Origin: Petrimonas sp.
GTDB taxonomy: Bacteria > Bacteroidota > Bacteroidia > Bacteroidales > Dysgonomonadaceae
Assembly: GCA_012839475.1 (NCBI GenBank)
Contig: DUNG01000029.1
Location: 26,497-90,496, forward strand
Length of the DNA stretch: 64,000 nt
Direction: 5' to 3'
Position numbers and translations under genes: made by a program. Shown one piece after another: positions 1-10,918 of the stretch. Within the stretch, counting starts at the first letter, position 1; each line of letters starts with the position of its first letter. The notes beneath the pieces were generated by a model. That model made no database searches and was not told the origin of the DNA. It saw nothing but the letters and a program-made list of their open reading frames with translations.

Positions 1-2021
1 TAACCCATATGTCGCAGTACGGCTCGTTGATGAACTCAGTATTAACGTTAGACCCGCTGACCCCGGTGTACTACTCAAGTCCTGACCAGTTCGCACCGAC
101 CATGAAGCAGGCGTACGATGAAGGAAAGATCATCCTACAAGACCCCGATAACGGGCTATATTACGCCACCTCGAAGTATATCACCGACGATAGCGGTAAC
201 CCTCTGTTGCAACGAGACCGCGTGGACTCTGAAAACTCTGGGATAAACCTGCGGGGGATGATCTTTGGTAACCTGAAACCAATTAAAGGGCTCGTGATTA
301 CCTCTCGCTTGGGATATAGGGTAGCGCAGAGCAACTACCACAGTTACAGCACACCCTATTATGCCACTCCGCAAGCGAAAACAGAGAACTACAACATCTC
401 CGCCAATGCTAACACCAGCTTATTTTATCAATTTGAAAATTTCGCGAACTACAACGTCGTCCTCAATCGGCACAACATCACCGGGATGGCCGGTATGTCT
501 TATATCGAGAACAACTCGGATAACGTGTCAACGAGCGCGCAAGGACCCGACATACTAACAGGATACGAACCCAACTTCCGGTACATAAACTACGTGAAAA
601 GCAACGTGGTGGACGGGCAAGAAAAAACGGTGAAGAATCTTGGCAACCTGCCCAGTAAATCAACACAGATATCCTATTTTGGTCGCTTCATCTACACTTT
701 TGACAACCGGTACACCTTTCAAGCGAATTTCCGTGCCGACGCCTTTGACTCGTCAAAGTTGTCGCCAAAGAACAGGTGGGGTTACTTCCCGTCGTTCTCC
801 ACGGGTTGGAACGTGAGTAACGAAAAGTTCTTCACTGAAAACATCAATTTAGATACCTTCTCATTCCTACGGCTCCGCGCATCATGGGGCCTCAACGGTA
901 ATATCAACGTGCTCAATAATTACAGGTACAGCAGTACCATTGCCTACAACAGCTCCTGGTATCAATTTGGTGTTGAGGATCCTGCTCCCTCGTACGGTTC
1001 AAGTCCTTCCGGTTTGCCCAACCCGAACCTCAAATGGGAGACTTCGGAGCAGCTGGACTTTGGAATCGTGATGAGGTTTTTAAAGAACAGGCTTGGCATC
1101 TCCATGGACTACTACGACAAGAAGACCAAAGACCTCCTGGTAAACATCAACCCGGTTCCCGAGATGGGTGTATCAGAAACAACCGTCAACGCGGGATCCG
1201 TTCTTAACCGGGGCTTCGAGCTGGAGGCCTCATGGCATGACCGGGTAGGTGATTTCAGTTACTCCATTACCGGTAACTTCTCCACCCTTCATAACGAGGT
1301 CACCTACCTCGATCCCACCATTTCAAGATTGGAAGGGGCTGTTGGCGGGGTGGATGGCACGAACAACCCCATCCGTACTGCCTTTGAGGTGGGATATCCC
1401 ATATGGTATTTCAGGGGCTACCAGTTTGAGGGCGTGAACCCAGAAACGGGTGAAGCCATCCTCACGGATGTAAACGGTGATAACGTAATATCTGATGGTG
1501 ACATGACCTACCTCGGTAAAGCAATCCCCGATTACACGTACGGGATAAACATCAACCTTGCATACAAGAACATCGACTTTACCCTGTTTGGCGCGGGCGT
1601 GGGTGGAAATGATATTTTCACCGTTCTATACCGTGCCGACACCCCCATGCGTAACTCGCTTAGGTATTACTACGAAAATGCCTGGACGCCCAACAATAAG
1701 AACGCGTCTATGCCTGATCCCAAAGCGGTCGTGTCTGACTGGCATTTCTGGGGCTCTTCGGCCTCTATGTTCAATGGAGCCTATTTCAAGATTAAGCAGC
1801 TCCAGCTTGGTTACACCATTCCGACAGAAATCACCAAAAAAGCCCTGATCAACAAGCTAAGGCTTTACGTATCGCTCGAAGACTTCTTCACCTTTACCTC
1901 CTATCCAGGGGTTGACCCGGAAACGGCCACGGTAAGTACTGCTCCTCAACGTGCAGGTTTCGATAACGGTACCTACCCACAGGCAAAGAAGGCAACGTTT
2001 GGAGTTAACATCACATTTTAA
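1..2021 (+). CDS. SusC/RagA-family TonB-dependent outer-membrane transporter, C-terminal ~670 aa (5' end outside the window)
   Basis: The reading frame is open to the window edge. The sequence is Y/N/G-rich and beta-barrel-like, and ends in the terminal aromatic ...FGVNITF typical of TonB-dependent barrels. A SusD-family gene follows. Confidence 0.9.
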   Translation, partial: THMSQYGSLMNSVLTLDPLTPVYYSSPDQFAPTMKQAYDEGKIILQDPDNGLYYATSKYITDDSGNPLLQRDRVDSENSGINLRGMIFGNLKPIKGLVITSRLGYRVAQSNYHSYSTPYYATPQAKTENYNISANANTSLFYQFENFANYNVVLNRHNITGMAGMSYIENNSDNVSTSAQGPDILTGYEPNFRYINYVKSNVVDGQEKTVKNLGNLPSKSTQISYFGRFIYTFDNRYTFQANFRADAFDSSKLSPKNRWGYFPSFSTGWNVSNEKFFTENINLDTFSFLRLRASWGLNGNINVLNNYRYSSTIAYNSSWYQFGVEDPAPSYGSSPSGLPNPNLKWETSEQLDFGIVMRFLKNRLGISMDYYDKKTKDLLVNINPVPEMGVSETTVNAGSVLNRGFELEASWHDRVGDFSYSITGNFSTLHNEVTYLDPTISRLEGAVGGVDGTNNPIRTAFEVGYPIWYFRGYQFEGVNPETGEAILTDVNGDNVISDGDMTYLGKAIPDYTYGININLAYKNIDFTLFGAGVGGNDIFTVLYRADTPMRNSLRYYYENAWTPNNKNASMPDPKAVVSDWHFWGSSASMFNGAYFKIKQLQLGYTIPTEITKKALINKLRLYVSLEDFFTFTSYPGVDPETATVSTAPQRAGFDNGTYPQAKKATFGVNITF

Positions 2022-2080
2022 ACTAAACAGACTACTCACGTGAAACCGACATGATTAAAATAATCATTACACATACTTGG

Positions 2081-2239
2081 GAACTATTTCGATATGCCAT
2101 ACGAGCAGAGGACAAGTTCACTTGGAATATGCCGTGGCGAGAAATAGTCTAACTTCAGTGAACTATTTCGATATGCCATACGAGCAGAGGACAAGTTCAC
2201 TTGGAATATGCCGTGGCGAGAAATAGTCTAACTTTAGTG
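2081..2239 (+). repeat. Tandem direct repeat, 2 x 79 bp (1 mismatch), repeat family R
   Basis: The unit GAACTATTTCGATATGCCATACGAGCAGAGGACAAGTTCACTTGGAATATGCCGTGGCGAGAAATAGTCTAACTT[C/T]AGT occupies 2081-2159 and 2160-2238. Its ends are inverted (ACTATTTC / GAAATAGT). Confidence 0.97.
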
Positions 2240-2262
2240 AATGATTGTTTTCAACATCCAAG

Positions 2263-2297
2263 GTTCCATACACAGAAACAAATAAATAAATAATCGT
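2263..2297 (+). promoter_or_regulatory. Conserved pre-start module (instance 1, upstream of susD-like gene)
   Basis: GTTCCATACACAGAAACAAATAAATAAATAATCGT followed by ATG. The motif starts 35 nt before the ATG. Confidence 0.5.
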
Positions 2298-3977
2298 ATG
2301 AAAAAATATATATTACCCCTTTTCATCATTACCGCGGTACTCTTTTCCGCGTGTAACGAGGATCTACTAGACATTCCCCAGAAGGGAGTGATCAGTATCG
2401 ATTCATTTTACATCACCGATGAGGATGCCGAATCTGCCTTGGTCAATTTATATGCCAACTTTATCACCAACGTTGGAGGCAATGACGGTATTTACGTCCC
2501 CTACAACATCATCTTCAATTACTGCGCAGATAACGTGCTGGCAGCCGGCGAGTTTTACGGGGACAACGATCAATTCGCCAGTATCAACGAATTTCGATTT
2601 GACTCGCAAAGCTCCGTGGTATATCAATTATACAGGCGATTATACTTTGTTATCTATCATGCCAACCTGGTTATCGACAACTTCGAGTACGGTGAAAGCG
2701 CGATAAAGGATCGCTGTATTTCCGAGGCGAGGGTAATCAGGGCATGGTGCCATATGACGGCTGCCCTTGCATGGGGCACTCCTCCCCTGGTGGATCACCT
2801 GCTTGCCCCGGAAGACAAACCCACGAACTTTGAAGGCACGCATGAGGAGTTGCTCAAATGGTGTGCGAAAGAGGCTTCGGAGGCAGTTCCATACCTTGAC
2901 GAACGCAAAAGCACAACCGACAAGGATGGAGCGGTAAAGGTCACCAAGGGTTTTGCCTGGACGGTAGAAGGAAAGGCGCTCCTCAACGCGGGCGACTACG
3001 CGGGTGCTAAAACAGCCCTTAAGAAAGTCATCTCCTCGGGTAAATACGCGTTGGTACCCGGTGAGGAGTTTGGGAACCTCTTCCACCTCTCCGGTGACGG
3101 TAACGAAGAGAAGGTCTTTGAACTAAACCTCATAAACAACGCGAGTATCGGTGACTGGGGCGGTAAAATTCAACGCTCAACCTGGATGGAAATGAACCTC
3201 TGGGGATGGCGTTCCTCTCGCCTGGCAGCCTCTCCTACCATGCAGGCCGATCAAGGGTGGGGTGGCCTGGCTATTGAAGAGGGCTTTGCGCACCGTTTCG
3301 CCGAGAACGATGGTGACTCTTACCGTCGTAAAGCGACCATCATCACTTACGAGGAGTTCATTACCGAGCTTGAGTGGCCAAGTGACGATGGCGATATAAA
3401 CAACTTAACCAAAGAGGAGAAGCTAGCCGATCCAAGAAGGGGAATCGTTAATCCCGACGGCCTGTATGGGCAATGCGGATACCTGCAAAGGAAACATATC
3501 GTCATCAAAGAAGACCGTTCAACCAATTGGTACCGCTTCAACAACTTCATCATCACCCGTTACGCCGACGTGTTGTTGATGTACGCGGAAGCCTGCGCCA
3601 AAACGAATGACAACGACGGCCTACAGTACCTTCAGATGGTTCAAGAGCGTGCCGGATCGGCTTACGTAAGCTCTACCCTCACGCTCGAAGACGTTAAAAG
3701 AGAGCGAGACTACGAATTGTGGATGGAAGGGTCGCGATGGGTTGATATGAAACGGTGGGGAGAATTTGAAAAAGCCAAAACAGCCGGGAAACGAATTCCC
3801 TCGCTAAAAGACGCGTTCATCAACGATGATGAGCCCTTGCACAGGGGGTATGTCACCTATTCAGAACCCAATGCAGGTAAGCAGGTTGGATTCCAAGCCG
3901 GGAAACATGAATGGTTCCCCTACCCCTACAACGTGATCTCTATCAATCCCAACCTGGAGCAAAACCCGGGATGGTAA
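2298..3977 (+). CDS. SusD/RagB-family surface glycan-binding lipoprotein
   Basis: Lipoprotein signal (VLFSAC). SusD-like helical N-terminal half and the ...FNNFIITRYADVLLMYAEA... segment typical of SusD proteins. Located downstream of SusC. Confidence 0.9.
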   Translation: MKKYILPLFIITAVLFSACNEDLLDIPQKGVISIDSFYITDEDAESALVNLYANFITNVGGNDGIYVPYNIIFNYCADNVLAAGEFYGDNDQFASINEFRFDSQSSVVYQLYRRLYFVIYHANLVIDNFEYGESAIKDRCISEARVIRAWCHMTAALAWGTPPLVDHLLAPEDKPTNFEGTHEELLKWCAKEASEAVPYLDERKSTTDKDGAVKVTKGFAWTVEGKALLNAGDYAGAKTALKKVISSGKYALVPGEEFGNLFHLSGDGNEEKVFELNLINNASIGDWGGKIQRSTWMEMNLWGWRSSRLAASPTMQADQGWGGLAIEEGFAHRFAENDGDSYRRKATIITYEEFITELEWPSDDGDINNLTKEEKLADPRRGIVNPDGLYGQCGYLQRKHIVIKEDRSTNWYRFNNFIITRYADVLLMYAEACAKTNDNDGLQYLQMVQERAGSAYVSSTLTLEDVKRERDYELWMEGSRWVDMKRWGEFEKAKTAGKRIPSLKDAFINDDEPLHRGYVTYSEPNAGKQVGFQAGKHEWFPYPYNVISINPNLEQNPGW

Positions 3978-4031
3978 AAACATCTCCTGTACAAATGTAT
4001 ACCCGATAAACTCATTATAGATTTAATTCAA

Positions 4032-4064
4032 ATGGAACCTTGGATGATTAATTAATCATCCAAG

Positions 4065-4071
<7 letters not shown>
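4032..4071. repeat. Perfect 40-bp palindrome (potential 18-bp-stem hairpin)
   Basis: ATGGAACCTTGGATGATTAA|TTAATCATCCAAGGTTCCAT, with all 20 pairs checked base by base. The right arm runs into the conserved GTTCCATACAC leader motif. Confidence 0.98.
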
Positions 4072-5323
<1,252 letters not shown>

Positions 5324-5422
5324 GATAAAAAACACTTTTTGTCGCTCGTATACCTTATCGTATCGATGCAGGTATCCGTTGCAGACATCGGTCAAGAAGA
5401 TATTGACCTTGTACCACTTTAA

Positions 5423-5675
5423 CCCCGGCTCGTTGTCTTAACAGACATCGCACCGGGGGGTGTGGGACCTGGTGACATGCAATCCTTGATACGCCTACTG
5501 GTTCACGCGGACCCATTCGCCTGCTGGTTCACGCGGACCCATTCGCCTGCTGGTTCATTCGAACCCGTTTGAGGAGGAAGCACTCATAACCTCCGTTGGT
5601 TGGAGAGGATACTTTCAGTGGGGGCTTGGAAAGGATGAGGTAACAACAACATGCAACCCTGAAACATGGTGTTAA
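5423..5675 (+). pseudogene. Possible decayed N-terminal fragment of a DUF1593 (nucleoside-hydrolase-like) gene
   Basis: There is no start codon and a stop lies immediately upstream. The translation PRLVVLTDIAPGGVGPGDMQSLIRLLVHADPF resumes in the frame of the third repeat copy as LVHSNPFEEEALITSVGW. This resembles my recollection of the DUF1593 N-terminal motif (..PR-V-I-V-T-TD......D..QS-x-V/I-R-L/F-L-L-Y-S-N-E-F-D-I-E-G-L-I..). Confidence 0.33.
5498..5566 (+). repeat. 26-bp tandem repeat, about 2.7 copies
   Basis: CTGGTTCACGCGGACCCATTCGCCTG occupies 5498-5523 and 5524-5549. A diverged partial copy CTGGTTCATTCGAACCC starts at 5550. Confidence 0.95.
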
Positions 5676-5714
5676 TATCGGTTAGCTTCAATAATTTTAT
5701 AAAAAACAGATAGC

Positions 5715-6923
5715 GTGAAAAGGAATGACTTAAGATATATCGCGGTGCCTATACTGGTTTTTTTCGCGACTACTTTTTACATGAAAGCCCAAGAGATACC
5801 CCTCGTCTATAGTGTTGAGAACTCAGTTGCACCGTTTGAGGTTTCTCTTCCATTATTTGAGGAGTTGCCCGTAATTGAAACGCTGCCCGACCCTTTCGCC
5901 TGGTCCGATGGTAGCGGTCGCTCCACCCGATTTGAGGATTGGGGACGACGAAGGATGGAGATTGGCGCGGAGATTCAACACTACGAGATTGGCAAGAAGC
6001 CGGAACGCCCCGACTCGATTACCGCCCACTACCAAAACGACACCTTAAGGGTGCAAATCACGGTAAATGGTAAAACGCTTACCCTCACCTCTGCTGTAAT
6101 CCTACCCGAGGGTGAAGGACCTTTTCCAGCCGTGATCGGTATCGGCAGGGGGTCTGGCAGCTTGCCTCCCGAGCTCTTCTCTTCCCGAGGCATCGCGCAG
6201 GTAACGTTCAACTTCATGGAAGTGATGGCCTGGCAACAAAAAAGAGGAGAAGAGCCAATTAACCGCCTCTACCCAGACTTGATTCACATGGGTGCTTACA
6301 GTGCCTGGTCGTGGGGAGTAAGCCGTCTGATAGACGGGCTGGAAATCGTACAAAGCCAACTCCCCATCGATCTACGTAGGTTGGCCATCACTGGTTGCTC
6401 CTTCGCGGGGAAAATGGCACTCTACGCGGCAGCATTCGACGAACGTATTGCCCTGACTATCGCGCAGGAATCGGGAGGCGGCGGTGCAGCTGCCTGGCGT
6501 GTTTCAGAGACGCTGGGTGAGGTAGAGACACTGGGCAGAACCAGCCATGTGTGGTTTATGGAAGAGTTATTCCTCTTCTCCAATGACGTGAACAAGTTGC
6601 CCTTTGATCACCACGAGCTTATGGCTATGGTCGCACCACGTGCACTGCTTTGCCTGGGGAACCCCGATTACGAGTGGCTGGCCGACGAGTCAGGATACGT
6701 CTCGTGCAAGGCGGCGCAACGGGTGTGGGAGACATTTGGAATTCCTGATCGGTTCGGGTTCTCCATCGTGGCAGATCACGGTCACTGCCTCCTGCCTGAA
6801 CAGCAGTATCCGGAAGTAGAGGCCTTTATCGATAAATTCCTGTTGGGGGATCATAACGCCAATACCAGGGTTGAAATACACCCCTACCCTGAGGTAGACC
6901 ACGCGAAGTGGGTGGATTGGTGA
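5715..6923 (+). CDS. CE15-type glucuronoyl (4-O-methyl-glucuronoyl methyl) esterase, atypical motif
   Basis: The GTG start yields a signal peptide, while the first in-frame ATG would remove it. ITGCSFAGK nucleophile motif, AQESGGGG and ADHGHC segments as in CE15. Confidence 0.72.
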   Translation: MKRNDLRYIAVPILVFFATTFYMKAQEIPLVYSVENSVAPFEVSLPLFEELPVIETLPDPFAWSDGSGRSTRFEDWGRRRMEIGAEIQHYEIGKKPERPDSITAHYQNDTLRVQITVNGKTLTLTSAVILPEGEGPFPAVIGIGRGSGSLPPELFSSRGIAQVTFNFMEVMAWQQKRGEEPINRLYPDLIHMGAYSAWSWGVSRLIDGLEIVQSQLPIDLRRLAITGCSFAGKMALYAAAFDERIALTIAQESGGGGAAAWRVSETLGEVETLGRTSHVWFMEELFLFSNDVNKLPFDHHELMAMVAPRALLCLGNPDYEWLADESGYVSCKAAQRVWETFGIPDRFGFSIVADHGHCLLPEQQYPEVEAFIDKFLLGDHNANTRVEIHPYPEVDHAKWVDW

Positions 6924-6929
6924 AACAAG

Positions 6930-9900
6930 TCACACCTTTGAGGGAGGTTTCCCGAAATGGTTCTTAAAAGCGGTGCTGAAATACTTCGCGCTGGAAAATC
7001 CACACAGTTCACTGACCTCCGTAATGGTATGCTTTCCTGTCTGGAGCAACTTCAGCGCGTAATTCAGCCGGATGTTTTTAATGAAGTCTGTTGGTGAGAG
7101 GTCTGTTAACGACTTAAGCTTTTTGTAGAGGAGTGATGAACTAACATGCATCGCCGAGGCGAACTCGTCTTTGTTAAACCGCGAGTTATCTATGTTTTCA
7201 CGCACCACTGTCACTGCATCTTTAACAAACTGGTCATCCAGTCGGTTCAGGTAGATGGGTGCGCTCGTCTCTTCATCGATAAACCGCATAGCCCTCTCCC
7301 GGGTAAGCTTTCGGTTTTGAATAATATTGTGAATGCGCTGCCGCAACAACGACATGTCAAAGGGTTTGGTCAAGTAATCATCTGCGCCTAATCCCAATCC
7401 CTGCAACTCGTTCGATTTTTCGTTCAAGGCAGTAAGGAGGATGATTGGTATATGGGAGGTCTCATAAGTTGATTTCACAAGGCGGCATAGTTCAAACCCA
7501 TCCATGTTGGGCATCATCACGTCTGAAATGATGAGGTCGGGCATTTTTTCCCGGATTATTTCCCATGCCACCTCCCCATCTTCAGCAATACGGACTTGGT
7601 AACTATCTTCTAAGGAGTGCTGCAAGAGAGTTTTGAGCTCCTCGTTATCCTCCACGATCAACAGGTTCTCTTTTTGGCCACCATCCTCTTTCTGTTCCGC
7701 CATTGAATCCCTCTCCGGGGCTGTTGGTACTTCCATTGCCCCCTCACTAACAGATACGCCCGTTAACGAGGGTGAAGCTGTTGACACCTCTTTATAAGGT
7801 ATGGTTACTCGAAATAGGGAGCCCTCATTTTCTTTGCTTTCAAGTGATACAGTTCCTTCGTGCATCATCACGTAATTTTTTACCAACAAAAGCCCTATTC
7901 CTGAACCTACAATGGTCGCGTTTACCGTGTTATCACCCCTGTAAAACTCCCTGAACAGTTTTTTCTGCGCTTTTTCTGAAATCCCCAGGCCATGATCCTT
8001 AACCTCCAGCATCCATTGGTTGGTATCGCAGATAAGGTTAATATCCACCTCACCCCCCGGGTGTGAATACTTGATGGCATTCGAGATCAAGTTGTCCACC
8101 ACTTTCTCGATTTTCAACTCATCAATGGCCGTTACGTATGAATCACGGTTCGTATCGAACAAAAGCTTCACGTTCTTTTTTAACGCGGCGGCATCAAACA
8201 TCGCTTTCCTCTGGCTTACAATGTTAACCAGGTCGCTCATTACAAGAAAGAGTTGCCCTTTGCCGATGTCAAACTTTTGGAAATCAAGCAGTTGATTGAC
8301 CACCGACGAAAGACGACCCGTCTGCTCAGTTGCCAGTTCGAGGTAATATCTCCCCCTGTTCGACAAATTTTCTTCTCTGTTTAGCTCTTCCATCGGTGCG
8401 CTTATTAGCGTTACGGAAGTGCGGATGTCATGAGCCATATTGGTGAAAAACCGAATCTTATCTTCGGCATGTTGTTGTTTAATGCGGTTAATGTAGAGTC
8501 GAAGGACAAGGGTAAACAAGCTCGCTATAAAGATGAATACCAACAAGCGAAACCAGGTCGTTTTCCACCAAGGGGGGGTAATGTGAATAAACAGCGACCG
8601 CTCATGAATTACCCGCTTCATGGCGTTGTCGTACATTCTTATTTCCAAGGAATAGTTGCCGCTGGGCAAACTGGCGTACGTGAGGGCTCGTGAGGAGGTG
8701 GGAAGCGTCCAATCTTCATCGACGCCCTCCATTTTCCATGCAAATTTACAAGAGTAGGACGATGTTGTTCCAATGGGCAATATTTCCAGGGTAATCGTGT
8801 TTTGGTCATACCTCAAGGATATCTTTTGCAGCTTATCCACGGGTGTGGTGAGGGTTAGACTGGGGTTATCTCTAATAGAACGACCCGCTATCACGAGGTC
8901 CTGGAAAAAGATCCTCCCCTCGGAACTGGAAAAAAGCATCGCATCCGGTTCAAACATCAATGCCCCGTCACTGGTTCCCCAGATGAGCTGGCCACTTGTA
9001 AGCTTTAACGATGCGTTCTGGTTAAATGACACGTTGAAGGAGGATGGAAGGGACGTGAATAGCTCCACGTTTTTCTCCTTCATATTAAATTTACACAGGC
9101 CCGATTCTGTTCCTAGCCAAAGGTGATCCCCTTCTCGCAGGATACTGTTCACGTAATTGGAAAGGAGTCCCTCATTCGTGGTGAACTTTTCGAGGGAGTC
9201 ATCTGCCAGGTTGTACTTCAAAAGCCCATCCCCGGATGAAGCCATCCAAATATCGTCACCTACAACAACCAGGTCATACAGGAGGTAACCATCCAAGATA
9301 ACACGTGTTTCTCCCGTACTTGCATCCATAAGCAGCAAGCCATACGTGCAGGCCAACAGAAGGTTACCTTTCGATAACTCCGAGAACGCGTAAACAGGCT
9401 GAAAGGGATAATAAGGTTCAAAACGCTTTTCGCTGGCAACATAGCGGAAAACCTGATCCAGCGGGCCACCCAGCCAGAGGTCTCCTTGATGGTCCATGTA
9501 AATATCAAAGATGTAATCGTTCGTGAGTGCCGAATACCCATCCTGGCTTGAATAATGTGCGATCTCTTTCCCCGTATCGCCATCGAGAAGGTAAACCCCT
9601 GAAGAGTAGGTTCCTGCCCAAATGTTGCCGTTCAGGTCTTCGCACAGCGAAAGGAAAACCTGTGCCTGATCCCTCAAGTCCTTATAGTAGGTTTTCCAGT
9701 TACCCGTTGATACATTCCAGTGGCTCACGCCGTTATTGGTGGCAAACCATAGGTTTCCCCGGCTATCTTCTACTATTTTATTCACGTTGTTGTTGCTCAG
9801 TGAATTGGGGTTGTTAATCTGGTGCGTAATTTGCGTTACCGCCGCCGAACCTTGATCAAAATAGGAGAGTCCGCCGGTGTACGTGCTTACCCAGATGCGA

Positions 9901-10820
9901 CCCCCAGATCGGTACATATCGTATACCCCATTTCCCTTGAGGGAGTGGGGATTATCAGGATTCTCCTTGTAGATGGTTAAAACCCGGGTTCCATCGTTGT
10001 TCAACTCCCAGATTCCCTGCCCGTCAATACCAACCATCACCGTGGTATCTGTATTTGCCACAAAGGTTTGAACAGGCTGTTTGGGAAAAGAGTGGGACAA
10101 TAAGGGGCTTAACAGGTTATGTTCCAGGTCGTATAAAAACAGGCCACTATCACTTGTACCCACCCAAACCTTACCCTCAAGCAGGTCATGGTACAACCGG
10201 GTTACCTCTAAATGGTTATCTTCCGTGTACTGGAAGATTTGTCGGTCGTTCATGGAGCGGGTGTTCATCAACCAAAAGCCATTGTTAGTCGCCATTAGCA
10301 GATGCGTCTCGTCTAACCAGACGAAGTCATGCAGAACGCTATACTTTTCGTCTCCTACTTTGGTTAACGTTTGATTCCGGTACGTGTACAAGCCATTGGA
10401 AGCGGCAATCAATATGGTTCCATCATTATCTATAGCAAGCCTATTCAGCACCAGGTGGTAATCGTTGAGGGGTTTCCTAATATCAATTAGCAAGTCAAAT
10501 CGATCGAAAATCGCATTATAGTAAAATATCTGTCCATTATTGGTGAAGGCTACCAGTGAATCCTTTTCGTACAGTAGCTTGGTGTTAATTATATTGTGCG
10601 ATTCAGACGGCAGGTAATAGATGTGGTAACTATCATTAGTCACCCTCAATATGCCGCTTTTTGAAGATGCCCATATGAAGCCGTTCGCATCCTCGCATAT
10701 CGATACCACCTCCCTCATGCTTATCCCATGTATGGTGTTGATGTCGTAAAATCTCACGTTCGAGGAATAAGTATAGAGAATGGAAAGAAGAAAGGTGACA
10801 ACTACGAATTTGGTTTTCAT
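6930..10820 (-). CDS. Hybrid two-component system sensor kinase/response regulator with AraC-type HTH (HTCS no. 1)
   Basis: Signal/TM segment, ~700 aa periplasmic beta-propeller-type sensor, TM helix (WFRLLVFIFIASLFTLVL). HisKA (FFTNMAHDIRTS), HATPase (GSGIGLLL), receiver (DLIISDVMMPNMDG), C-terminal AraC HTH (YFSTAFKNHFGKPPS). Confidence 0.92.
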   Translation of the reverse strand: MKTKFVVVTFLLSILYTYSSNVRFYDINTIHGISMREVVSICEDANGFIWASSKSGILRVTNDSYHIYYLPSESHNIINTKLLYEKDSLVAFTNNGQIFYYNAIFDRFDLLIDIRKPLNDYHLVLNRLAIDNDGTILIAASNGLYTYRNQTLTKVGDEKYSVLHDFVWLDETHLLMATNNGFWLMNTRSMNDRQIFQYTEDNHLEVTRLYHDLLEGKVWVGTSDSGLFLYDLEHNLLSPLLSHSFPKQPVQTFVANTDTTVMVGIDGQGIWELNNDGTRVLTIYKENPDNPHSLKGNGVYDMYRSGGRIWVSTYTGGLSYFDQGSAAVTQITHQINNPNSLSNNNVNKIVEDSRGNLWFATNNGVSHWNVSTGNWKTYYKDLRDQAQVFLSLCEDLNGNIWAGTYSSGVYLLDGDTGKEIAHYSSQDGYSALTNDYIFDIYMDHQGDLWLGGPLDQVFRYVASEKRFEPYYPFQPVYAFSELSKGNLLLACTYGLLLMDASTGETRVILDGYLLYDLVVVGDDIWMASSGDGLLKYNLADDSLEKFTTNEGLLSNYVNSILREGDHLWLGTESGLCKFNMKEKNVELFTSLPSSFNVSFNQNASLKLTSGQLIWGTSDGALMFEPDAMLFSSSEGRIFFQDLVIAGRSIRDNPSLTLTTPVDKLQKISLRYDQNTITLEILPIGTTSSYSCKFAWKMEGVDEDWTLPTSSRALTYASLPSGNYSLEIRMYDNAMKRVIHERSLFIHITPPWWKTTWFRLLVFIFIASLFTLVLRLYINRIKQQHAEDKIRFFTNMAHDIRTSVTLISAPMEELNREENLSNRGRYYLELATEQTGRLSSVVNQLLDFQKFDIGKGQLFLVMSDLVNIVSQRKAMFDAAALKKNVKLLFDTNRDSYVTAIDELKIEKVVDNLISNAIKYSHPGGEVDINLICDTNQWMLEVKDHGLGISEKAQKKLFREFYRGDNTVNATIVGSGIGLLLVKNYVMMHEGTVSLESKENEGSLFRVTIPYKEVSTASPSLTGVSVSEGAMEVPTAPERDSMAEQKEDGGQKENLLIVEDNEELKTLLQHSLEDSYQVRIAEDGEVAWEIIREKMPDLIISDVMMPNMDGFELCRLVKSTYETSHIPIILLTALNEKSNELQGLGLGADDYLTKPFDMSLLRQRIHNIIQNRKLTRERAMRFIDEETSAPIYLNRLDDQFVKDAVTVVRENIDNSRFNKDEFASAMHVSSSLLYKKLKSLTDLSPTDFIKNIRLNYALKLLQTGKHTITEVSELCGFSSAKYFSTAFKNHFGKPPSKV

Positions 10821-10884
10821 ACAAGTAAACTACCTACCATTAAGGCAATCATTAAAAACTGACAATTATCTGTCCTATTCCATA

Positions 10885-10892
10885 CAAAAATA
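10885..10892 (-). promoter_or_regulatory. -7 box TATTTTTG, candidate promoter of HTCS no. 1
   Basis: Minus-strand TAnnTTTG match, 65 nt upstream of the ATG at 10820. Confidence 0.4.
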
Positions 10893-10918
10893 CAAAAAAA
10901 AATCTATTTGCCTACGAT

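Noticed and set aside
2081-2239. Tandem repeats at 2081-2239 and 40808-40964 as a possible CRISPR array
   Set aside because: Each locus has only two directly abutting copies. There are no unique spacers and no cas genes in the window, and a 78-79 bp unit is far longer than a CRISPR repeat.
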